A DNA stretch of 64,000 bases from Chitinophagales bacterium (lineage in GTDB: Bacteria > Bacteroidota > Bacteroidia > Chitinophagales > Chitinophagaceae): the NCBI GenBank assembly GCA_031539345.1, contig JAVKMO010000013.1, forward strand, positions 1,276 through 65,275. Reading direction: 5' to 3'. The position numbers and the translations under genes are program-made. Every line of letters begins with the position of its first letter. The first letter of the stretch is position 1. Under the pieces are notes generated by a model. That model was not told where the DNA came from. It did not search any database and saw nothing but the letters and a program-made list of their open reading frames with translations. Below, piece after piece: positions 50,061-57,512 of this stretch.

Positions 50061-50444
50061 TTATTTTGTCTGTTTGTTTATAAAGTAAAGCATTGTTGAA
50101 GAAATAATACACATAACAGTTGCTCCAATGTAAAGTGAACTGTCTTGTTGCGATATTCCTACGAAAAAGTCGCCAATGTTCATTACTAAAAAGAATAAGT
50201 AAGCAAGTGTCAGCATTGGAATTGATTTTTTCAATGTAGCAAAAGCGAAAATAAAACCTACTGCAAATTGTCGTGTCGCCCACATTTGTGTCAAGTAGCA
50301 AACACCTTTTGCATTTAGGTCAACTGTTTTCAATGCAGATTCTGGCGAAAATATCAAAGTTGAACTTACAATAAGTCCAAGTAATGCAAAAAGTCCTGAT
50401 ATAATTAGTATCCATTTTGGTATTGATTTCAAATTTTCTGTCAT
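50061..50444 (-). CDS. small 4-TM membrane protein
   Basis: 127 aa, four hydrophobic helices. Its stop at 50061 abuts the ATG (50059) of the SRPBCC gene, which suggests an operon. Confidence 0.6.
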   Translation of the reverse strand: MTENLKSIPKWILIISGLFALLGLIVSSTLIFSPESALKTVDLNAKGVCYLTQMWATRQFAVGFIFAFATLKKSIPMLTLAYLFFLVMNIGDFFVGISQQDSSLYIGATVMCIISSTMLYFINKQTK

Positions 50445-50500
50445 AATTTATTTGTTTTGTTATTTTGTTTTTGTTGTCTGTCTATGCGGTTCGGTACAAT

Positions 50501-50617
50501 GACGCACAACACGTAAATATACGCAATAGTATATTTTTTTCATCTTAACAAAAATAATTTAAACCAACAATAATTTAATATTTTAGGACAAAAAATATTT
50601 ATTTTACGCATTGCGTC
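50501..50617. repeat. palindromic boundary element D (sequence unrelated to A-C)
   Basis: Left GACGCACAACACGTAAATAT pairs imperfectly with right ATATTTATTTTACGCATTGCGTC. Its left tip ACGCACAAC (50502-50510) is the exact reverse complement of the right tip of repeat C. Confidence 0.45.
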
Positions 50618-50669
50618 TTTTTGTATATTTTTTCAAAAGATAAAACAAATTCTGCGACAGTTATTATGC

Positions 50670-51434
50670 TCAAATATTGATGCTTAAGGCTGTTCTATTC
50701 AAATGTTGCTTTATTTTTTTTACCAATTGTAAGCCTTTGAGTGGATTGTAAAAAACCGTCGATAATGAAAAATGGGTCGCCCCTAAGTTTTGATATTGTT
50801 TGACATCATCGAGGGTATAAATTCCTCCGCCTGCAATAAGGGTCATTTTAGAAATTAAATTGTTGCGGTCAAGTTGTTGTAATAATCGAATGTTTATTTT
50901 TTTTAAAATTTCTCCCGATACGCCGCCACGTTTTGTTGGATAGGTGTTTGATAAATGAAAGTGGGATATGCCTTGTTCCAAAAAACCTTCTATTGTAGGA
51001 ATGGAACTTTCTTTGGGAGGAACTTTAATAAGTACGGTTTTAAATTGTTGTGTAAAGGGTAGAATGTCTTTGGCAATTAAGGGTTGTGTGAGTGTATTGG
51101 GGCAACCAACGTTAATTTCGATGTGTTGAAAACCATAATTATTGTTGGCTTTAAAATGCTGCAAAAAAAAATGCCAGTCTGCATATTCAATTGCCGCAAT
51201 AGAAAGAATTTCTTTTTCGTTCGCTTGATAGCGAAATGCTGCAATGCCTTTTGTTCTTAAGCCAATTTTGTTGATCCAGCTATTTTTTCCGCAAACGGGG
51301 CGTATGGTTTTAATGGCTTGCGAATATCTGCCTTTACGGATAGGCACAGTAAGGCTACCGACAACGTTTGATGTTTTTGGAATATGTTTTATCCATTCTC
51401 CAAAAGGCGGAGAAATCAGAATATGTTCTAACAT
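50670..51434 (-). CDS. short dihydroorotate dehydrogenase-like TIM-barrel protein
   Basis: 254 aa. DHOD-family-like motifs NKIGLRTKG, IEINVGCPN (Cys-type active-site loop), LSNT, GGVSG, AGGGI. It is shorter than canonical PyrD, so I do not assign pyrD. Confidence 0.65.
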   Translation of the reverse strand: MLEHILISPPFGEWIKHIPKTSNVVGSLTVPIRKGRYSQAIKTIRPVCGKNSWINKIGLRTKGIAAFRYQANEKEILSIAAIEYADWHFFLQHFKANNNYGFQHIEINVGCPNTLTQPLIAKDILPFTQQFKTVLIKVPPKESSIPTIEGFLEQGISHFHLSNTYPTKRGGVSGEILKKINIRLLQQLDRNNLISKMTLIAGGGIYTLDDVKQYQNLGATHFSLSTVFYNPLKGLQLVKKIKQHLNRTALSINI

Positions 51435-51483
51435 AATAAAACTAAAAAAGAAGAATGAAAATGTGGTTTGCTGTTTTTAAAGG

Positions 51484-51518
51484 CATAAAAAAAGTCAGGT
51501 AAAAAATGCCTGACTTTA
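51484..51518 (-). terminator. rho-independent terminator after rpsP and the small ORF
   Basis: Minus strand: AGTCAGG cattttttA CCTGACT, followed by TTTTTTAT. Confidence 0.6.
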
Positions 51519-51540
51519 GGGTATGAAATAAGTGTATTGT

Positions 51541-51681
51541 TTAGTTATAGCCAGCCATTCCAACTGTGTTTGGGCATGTGTTGCAAGTTACGCAAGTGGC
51601 TGCACAAGCGTTTAAACAAACAAGAACGCCGATAACAAAAAGGGCGATAAAAATGGTTGAACTTATTTTTTTTGTAACCAT
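51541..51681 (-). CDS. small Cys-rich putative lipoprotein/peptide (46 aa), not in the ORF track
   Basis: My translation: MVTKKISSTIFIALFVIGVLVCLNACAATCVTCNTCPNTVGMAGYN. It has a signal-like helix, the lipobox-like LNAC, and then CxxxCxxCxxC. It sits between rpsP and the terminator. Confidence 0.35.
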   Translation of the reverse strand: MVTKKISSTIFIALFVIGVLVCLNACAATCVTCNTCPNTVGMAGYN

Positions 51682-51718
51682 GGTAGAGCGTTTTAAGAGG
51701 TTAAAAATGAGTTGTGAA

Positions 51719-52189
51719 TTAAGAAGTAGGTGCTTGTTCTGTTGGTGGATTTTCTGTTGCTACTGCTATTGGCGTGGCTACTGGTGTCGCTACAGGTTTT
51801 GGTGCTTGTGCTACTTTTTTCTTTGCTGCATTTTCTTTTGTTTTTGCAATAAACGCTTCATGGTCAGATAACCATTTTTCAAATTTTTGATTTGCAGTAG
51901 CAAGGTCAAATAATCCCTTTTTTACGCCTCTTAAAAGGTGTTTGTAAAATAGAACGCCTTTAAAAGATAAAATTCTTTGCACTGTTGGTGTTGCTTGTGC
52001 ACCGTTTTCTAACCATTTAATGGCTTTTGCATTGTCTAAGGTGATTGTCGCAGGTACTGTAAGCGGATTGTAAGTGCCTAATTTTTCAATTGATTTGCCG
52101 TCTCTTGGTGAGCGTGTGTCGGCAGCAACAATAAAATAAAAAGGTCTTTTTTTTGATCCAAATCTTTGGAGTCGGAGTTTTACGGGCAT
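51719..52189 (-). CDS. rpsP: 30S ribosomal protein S16 with a C-terminal extension
   Basis: [31 protein letters not shown]. The Ala/Pro/Thr/Lys-rich tail is typical of Bacteroidota S16. Confidence 0.95.
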   Translation of the reverse strand: MPVKLRLQRFGSKKRPFYFIVAADTRSPRDGKSIEKLGTYNPLTVPATITLDNAKAIKWLENGAQATPTVQRILSFKGVLFYKHLLRGVKKGLFDLATANQKFEKWLSDHEAFIAKTKENAAKKKVAQAPKPVATPVATPIAVATENPPTEQAPTS

Positions 52190-52268
52190 CTTTAATAGAA
52201 ATTTTAAATGCGTGAAGAAATATAGAAAGCGACTAAACTAATTTTTTTAGTCATAAAAAGAAAAGTGT

Positions 52269-53480
52269 TTATCGTACGGCTTGATTCACTAATTGTGATG
52301 CTTCGCTTAACAAAATGGCGGGTTGTACTTTTAGCCCACTTTCATCAATCAGTTTCTTGGCTTCTACGGCGTTTGTGCCTTGTAGTCTAACAATAATGGG
52401 AATGGAAATATTGCCGATTGATTTGTAGGCATCGATAACGCCTTGTGCCACACGGTCGCAACGAACAATGCCGCCAAAAATGTTGATTAAAATGGCTTTT
52501 ACTTTGGGGTCTTTTAAAATAATTCTAAAACCTGCTTCTACTGTTTGTGCATTTGCACTACCGCCAACGTCTAAGAAATTGGCAGGTTCACCGCCGCTAA
52601 TTTTGATCATGTCCATGGTTGCCATTGCCAAGCCTGCACCGTTGACCATACAGCCTACGTTGCCGTCTAATTTAACAAAGTTTAAATTGTATTTGCCTGC
52701 TTCAACTTCTGTAGGGTCTTCTTCTGTAACGTCTCTTAAAGCGGCTAAGTCGGGGTGTCTTAATAATGCGTTGTCATCTAAATTCATTTTACAATCTACG
52801 GCAATAATTTTTTCATCGCTTGTTTTAAATAGCGGATTGATTTCTACCATATTGCAATCTAACCCTACATAGGCATTATATAAATTGTTTACAAATTTGG
52901 TCATGTTTTTAAAGGCTTCGCCTGATAAGCCTAAGTTGAAAGCAATTTTGCGTGCTTGATAACCTTGTAATCCGCCTGAGGGGTGAACGTGTTCTTTGAA
53001 AATTTTTTCTGGGGTATTGTGTGCCACTTCTTCAATATCCATGCCGCCTTCTGTGCTATACATAATGACATTTTTACCCAAAGCTCTATCTAATAAAATC
53101 GATAGATAAAATTCTTTTGTTGGATTTGCACCAGCGTAATAAACGTCTTGTGCGATTAAAATTTTGTTGACCATTTTGCCTGCTGGTCCAGTTTGAATGG
53201 TTACTAAGGTGCCGCCTAATAAATTTTTTGCTGCTTCGACTAATTCTTCTGCTTTTTTAATTACGACTACGCCTTTTTGTTCTGTCCCTACAATTTTTCC
53301 TTTGCCTCTTCCGCCTGCGTGAATTTGTGCTTTGATAACAGCAAAGTTGTTATTGAATTTAACTTTTAATTCTCTGTATGCTTCTTCTGCTGCTGCTGGA
53401 GTGTCTACAGCAATACCTTCTTGAATGGGAACGCCATATTTTTTGAGTAATTCTTTGGCTTGATATTCGTGTAAGTTCAT
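52269..53480 (-). CDS. sucC: succinate--CoA ligase (ADP-forming) beta subunit
   Basis: 403 aa. [21 protein letters not shown]-grasp region, [29 protein letters not shown]. Confidence 0.95.
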   Translation of the reverse strand: MNLHEYQAKELLKKYGVPIQEGIAVDTPAAAEEAYRELKVKFNNNFAVIKAQIHAGGRGKGKIVGTEQKGVVVIKKAEELVEAAKNLLGGTLVTIQTGPAGKMVNKILIAQDVYYAGANPTKEFYLSILLDRALGKNVIMYSTEGGMDIEEVAHNTPEKIFKEHVHPSGGLQGYQARKIAFNLGLSGEAFKNMTKFVNNLYNAYVGLDCNMVEINPLFKTSDEKIIAVDCKMNLDDNALLRHPDLAALRDVTEEDPTEVEAGKYNLNFVKLDGNVGCMVNGAGLAMATMDMIKISGGEPANFLDVGGSANAQTVEAGFRIILKDPKVKAILINIFGGIVRCDRVAQGVIDAYKSIGNISIPIIVRLQGTNAVEAKKLIDESGLKVQPAILLSEASQLVNQAVR

Positions 53481-53628
53481 AGTAAATTTGTTTGAGTAAA
53501 AATAAATAAAGACAAAAGCAGGTGCAACAAATTAAGGAGATATTTTGAGTTGCGTTACACAAGAAAAAGGAAAAATGAAATAGGAGTACAAGAGACAGGA
53601 GAAACAATTTTGTTGAAGCCATTGTACT

Positions 53629-54528
53629 TTATGGCTTTTCGCTGCGTTTGTCAAAACCCCAGTATAGTTTTTGTTTGAGTGTATGGAGAAAAGTTTTTTC
53701 TGTAAAGCGAATGAGCTTGGCATTGAATTCTTCTTTTTTAATTGCAATTTGAATGTTTTTTGCAAATTGATAATGCCGAGAGTCTAAAGAACAAGTATAT
53801 TTATCACTGCGTGTTTCGATGGTAAATGCAATGACAGATTTTTCTGAAACAATAATTGGACGAGAATTTAAATTGTGTGCGGCAATGGGCGTAATAATAA
53901 TTGAATGAATGTCAGGAAACACAATTGGTCCATTGCAGCTGAGTGAATATCCTGTTGAGCCTGTGGGCGAAGAAATGACAATTCCATCACCCCAAAACGA
54001 TGTTAAATATTCGCCATTTAAATAAGTGTGAATGTTGAGCATAGAAGAAAAATCTGTGGCATGAATGACGCAATCATTCAACGCATAGGGCATATTGTTA
54101 AATTGATCGGTGCCTTCAATACTTGTGTCCACGTGTAATAACATGCGTTCTTCAATAAAAAAAACACGGTCTAATAAATTATTAAATAAGGTTTGCAAAT
54201 CTTCTTTACCCACTACAGCAAGAAAACCAAGTCTGCCAAAATTGATTCCTAATACCGGAATATTTCGACTTTTAGAAACTACGTCTAACAATGTACCGTC
54301 TCCGCCAAGGCTAACAATCAATTCAATGTCGTCTTGTTTTAAATTTTCGGTATGCTGAAACGCTTCAAATGTTGCCGTTGAAGTAGCAGGTAATAAATGT
54401 TTGACTTGGTGAAATAAGTGCCGATGAATACAACATTCAAAAGGGAATTTTGAAATTTGTTGAATAAAATGTTTTAAGTCTTCTTCAGTAATTGAATTTT
54501 GTTGACGTGCGTATAAGGCTATTTTCAT
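53629..54528 (-). CDS. nadK: NAD+ kinase
   Basis: 299 aa. VSLGGDGTLL motif and ISSPTGSTGYSLS. Confidence 0.9.
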   Translation of the reverse strand: MKIALYARQQNSITEEDLKHFIQQISKFPFECCIHRHLFHQVKHLLPATSTATFEAFQHTENLKQDDIELIVSLGGDGTLLDVVSKSRNIPVLGINFGRLGFLAVVGKEDLQTLFNNLLDRVFFIEERMLLHVDTSIEGTDQFNNMPYALNDCVIHATDFSSMLNIHTYLNGEYLTSFWGDGIVISSPTGSTGYSLSCNGPIVFPDIHSIIITPIAAHNLNSRPIIVSEKSVIAFTIETRSDKYTCSLDSRHYQFAKNIQIAIKKEEFNAKLIRFTEKTFLHTLKQKLYWGFDKRSEKP

Positions 54529-54576
54529 AAATAATGAGACGATTATTTTTGACGTGCAAGTAAAGTATCTATTTGA

Positions 54577-57483
54577 TTAAAACCGTAAACCTACGCCCAA
54601 TTCGACTGCGAGAGGTTTTGGTGCGTCTGGCGTATAAGCAAAAGAAAAACGAAAAGGAATAAGAAAAATAGGATTACTGATATAAGCTCCTTCATAAATC
54701 ATATCTACACCCATAGACCGAAAAGTAGCCGACTTTGTTGTTGTTGCATAAGCGTTATCAGAAAATAAATTGAAGCGAACAGCTTTAGAATATTTTGGGA
54801 TTAAAAACAAGGTGATATATTGAAGCCAATTCGGTGTTTGCCAATCTAATGATAAAGGACTTGTCAGATAATTGACTGATGCACGATATAAGTTTTGATG
54901 GGCAAATGAACCATAACCTTTAGGATAAGAAAGTAAATTTCCTAACTCTGCCGATGCTGCATTTCTTTTTTCTGCATTGAGTGAAAACACAAACCTGTCT
55001 TGATGTGAAAAAGCAGGAAAAACAAATTCGCTTCTGAGTGTAATTTGTTGAAATAAATTTGTTGTGCCGCTTTTTGCAAGTCCTTGGCTGTATGTAACCG
55101 TAATGTTTTGACTATTGCGAGCGAGTAAATCAGCGGGTACAATTGCACTAAATGCGTGAACAAAACGAAGTTGATGAATCAAATAAGAAGATTGCATGGT
55201 AGCCCTTTCGCTAATCACAATTTTGTTTGTTGTTCTGTTAAAAGCAAATGTTGTAGGAATGTCAATTGAATAATTATTCTGCCAATGATGTGATAGCGAT
55301 AATTGTGTATGATGCAAAGCCTGTGAAAAATTAAAAGGAAATAATACCCCTAAACTTAATGACTGTGTTTGCCATGACAACAATAGGTCTTGTGTAGAAT
55401 CTCCTTTGGGGCTTAAACCAGGTTGTAGTTTAAAAGTGTGGTTTACGTTTCTATTTTGTAGGGTATAATTTGCAGAAAAGCTTGGAAAGAATTTTTGATA
55501 AGCAATCGATACGCCTGTCAACAATCCGTTTTCAGAATTTGAAATGCCAATAAAAGGATTCACTTCAATACTGTTCATCAAGTCTGTTCCTATTAAAGAC
55601 AAGCCTAATCCATTGTTGTTGAGAGACGTAGAAGTTGTTGGTAACCAAGAATGAAAACGAAAATTCGCTAAACCCTGATATGGCTTTGAAGGATAGTTTG
55701 TAAAAGGTATTTTTTGAAAGCTATCCAAAATAGAATGACCTGCTTCTTGCTTTTGCAAAGCGTCATGATAATTGATGATTTGTGTATTCCAACGTTTGGT
55801 TGAAGGCAACTTTTTTGTTTGTAGTTGCTTTACAATTTCGTAGCCTTTGCTTGTATAGTGGCTATAGTACAAGTCATTTGTAGCTTTGTTCCAAAATGGA
55901 AAATCTGCACCTATTTTGTCTGAGGTGATTTGTGTGCTTACTTTTTTTTCAATATCATAAACAAAAATATTGTCAATGCCAGACTGTGTATTATGATAAT
56001 AAATCGATTTGTCTTGATCGCCAAAAACAGGATTTGAAAAAATAAACTCTTCATGTTTTTGTATGATATCTTCTTGGTCTGTAGCCAAATTATAGATGCT
56101 CATTTGCACTTCGTTTTCCTTCGTTCTTTTTGTAAAAACGAGTTTGTCGCTGTTTTTATTCCATGAAATATTGCCAATAAAAATCTCATTAGAATTGAAG
56201 CATTTTTTTTTCGTCATGCCTGTTTTATCTAAAATAGATAAAACGCAATTTCTGTTTTCATCAAATGATACAGCCGCAATTAAATTGCCATTCGGACTTA
56301 ATGCAGCCACGTAATATTTTGTTTTATGTGTCAGTTGTATTTTCTTTTTTGTCTGTAATTGATACAACATAATAACGCCAAAATCTTTCTCACTAAAAAT
56401 TTTATCTGCCTTTTGTTCTACCCATACAAGTTCTTGTGCATTGCTGATATCGAGAGGGTTGTCTTGAATAGGTTTATAAAACAACAAGTGTGTTTTTATG
56501 TTTTTTTTTATATTGATTTTTACAAGTGCATTCGTTTGTTGCAAGCTATGATGAACAGCAATACATTCCGTTTCATTGATAAAATTTGGATAAGTGAAAT
56601 TTTCAAAACGCTTTTTGCTTGGCGTAATGACTTGAAATGCTGTTGTGTCTAAAAGAGCCACTTGTACTAAAGTTTTATGTTTCAAATTTTGCGAAAAATT
56701 TTCAAATACTTCTTCCTTTCGTTCATGTGTTAAGTATTTTAAATTTCTTTCCCAGCGAATATTTTGGAATAATTTATTCCATATGTGTGTGCCATATTTT
56801 TGTCTTAAATAGGCATTAAAAAAATATCCCAAAGCATAATGATTTGGATAGAAGTTTTTATATGATTGATAAACAGTAGGTGCATATTGAAGCGGAAGAC
56901 TGTCCAGTAACATGGCTCTGTAATGCTGACTGAATGAGGGTAAACGACCTCTTCCACTTTTGCTGAGTGCGGTTTCTGTTACGACTGCGTCGCCTTCATA
57001 AAACCAAGGAGGCAAGAAGAGTAATTGAAAGGCGTGTCCAATTTCTCCAAAAAAAAGATTCGGCAAAGTGGACCCAGATTGTTTGATTTTTTCAAATTGT
57101 ACCATGTGCCGCATTTCATGTAAAGCCAAATCTTGATACCATTCTGTTGCACCCATTGCAATATTGCCAGGTTGATTATACCATTCTGATTTACGCATTG
57201 CCAAAGTTACGTATGCGTTTGCGGTCATGTTTTGATTGGATAAAATCAATGGAAATTTTCTCCATTTTGTGAGTGATAAACTTTTTGTTTCGTACGGAAA
57301 AACATACTCGCAAAGGTTCGCCACGCGCTGTGCTTCTTGTGTAATTCCTTTTGGATAAATAATTGTAAAGTGAGGCGTAGTGATTTTTTGTAAATCTAAA
57401 TGTGTGGGATAGGGCGGAATGTTTTGTGCTGCAAGAAAAAGGCTGTTGCTAAGGCAATACAGTAAGGTCAATGTAAATCGCAT
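54577..57483 (-). CDS. large secreted protein: HExxH-containing N-domain, PD40/TolB-like beta-propeller repeats, C-terminal beta-barrel-like region
   Basis: I prefer the ATG at 57483 (MRFTLTLLYCLSNSLFLAAQ signal peptide). The longer track ORF would overlap the upstream peptidase gene. LALHEMRHMVQFEK is an HExxH motif. PD40-like repeats (LSPNGNLIAAVSF, IYYHNTQSGIDNIFVYD). C-terminus ends VGLRF. Confidence 0.6.
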   Translation of the reverse strand: MRFTLTLLYCLSNSLFLAAQNIPPYPTHLDLQKITTPHFTIIYPKGITQEAQRVANLCEYVFPYETKSLSLTKWRKFPLILSNQNMTANAYVTLAMRKSEWYNQPGNIAMGATEWYQDLALHEMRHMVQFEKIKQSGSTLPNLFFGEIGHAFQLLFLPPWFYEGDAVVTETALSKSGRGRLPSFSQHYRAMLLDSLPLQYAPTVYQSYKNFYPNHYALGYFFNAYLRQKYGTHIWNKLFQNIRWERNLKYLTHERKEEVFENFSQNLKHKTLVQVALLDTTAFQVITPSKKRFENFTYPNFINETECIAVHHSLQQTNALVKINIKKNIKTHLLFYKPIQDNPLDISNAQELVWVEQKADKIFSEKDFGVIMLYQLQTKKKIQLTHKTKYYVAALSPNGNLIAAVSFDENRNCVLSILDKTGMTKKKCFNSNEIFIGNISWNKNSDKLVFTKRTKENEVQMSIYNLATDQEDIIQKHEEFIFSNPVFGDQDKSIYYHNTQSGIDNIFVYDIEKKVSTQITSDKIGADFPFWNKATNDLYYSHYTSKGYEIVKQLQTKKLPSTKRWNTQIINYHDALQKQEAGHSILDSFQKIPFTNYPSKPYQGLANFRFHSWLPTTSTSLNNNGLGLSLIGTDLMNSIEVNPFIGISNSENGLLTGVSIAYQKFFPSFSANYTLQNRNVNHTFKLQPGLSPKGDSTQDLLLSWQTQSLSLGVLFPFNFSQALHHTQLSLSHHWQNNYSIDIPTTFAFNRTTNKIVISERATMQSSYLIHQLRFVHAFSAIVPADLLARNSQNITVTYSQGLAKSGTTNLFQQITLRSEFVFPAFSHQDRFVFSLNAEKRNAASAELGNLLSYPKGYGSFAHQNLYRASVNYLTSPLSLDWQTPNWLQYITLFLIPKYSKAVRFNLFSDNAYATTTKSATFRSMGVDMIYEGAYISNPIFLIPFRFSFAYTPDAPKPLAVELGVGLRF

Positions 57484-57512
57484 GAGGATATTTTTTTGAT
57501 TGCTATGCGTCA

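Larger units (their letters stand above)
45927..50617 (-). mobile_element. integron-like gene-cassette array (three cassettes, attC-like repeats A-C plus boundary element D); no integrase in window
   Basis: There are three ~136-bp hairpin repeats. Tips are complementary across elements: GTTAGCGG/CCGCTAAC, GTTAGGTGCA/TGCACCTAAC, GTTGTGCGT/ACGCACAAC. Two of the three cassettes are entirely minus-strand with a stop 10-20 nt before the repeat; the R-M cassette is mixed. Inferred cassettes on the minus strand are 50509-49481, 49480-46830 and 46829-45935. Confidence 0.55.

Noticed and set aside
51566-51871. 101-aa plus-strand Cys/Phe/Trp-rich ORF
   Set aside because: It is antisense to the 3-prime end of rpsP and to the small Cys-rich ORF. 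It has low complexity and looks like a shadow ORF of the S16 tail.
52468-52872. 134-aa plus-strand ORF inside sucC. There are many similar antisense or out-of-frame ORFs, e.g. 20078..20356 and 21746..22027 in smc, 24807..25112 and 25378..25948 in the kinase, 43650..44244, 60846..61084 and 36127..36348.
   Set aside because: All of them lie wholly inside strongly supported genes on the opposite strand or in another frame. They have low-complexity compositions and no recognisable motifs.
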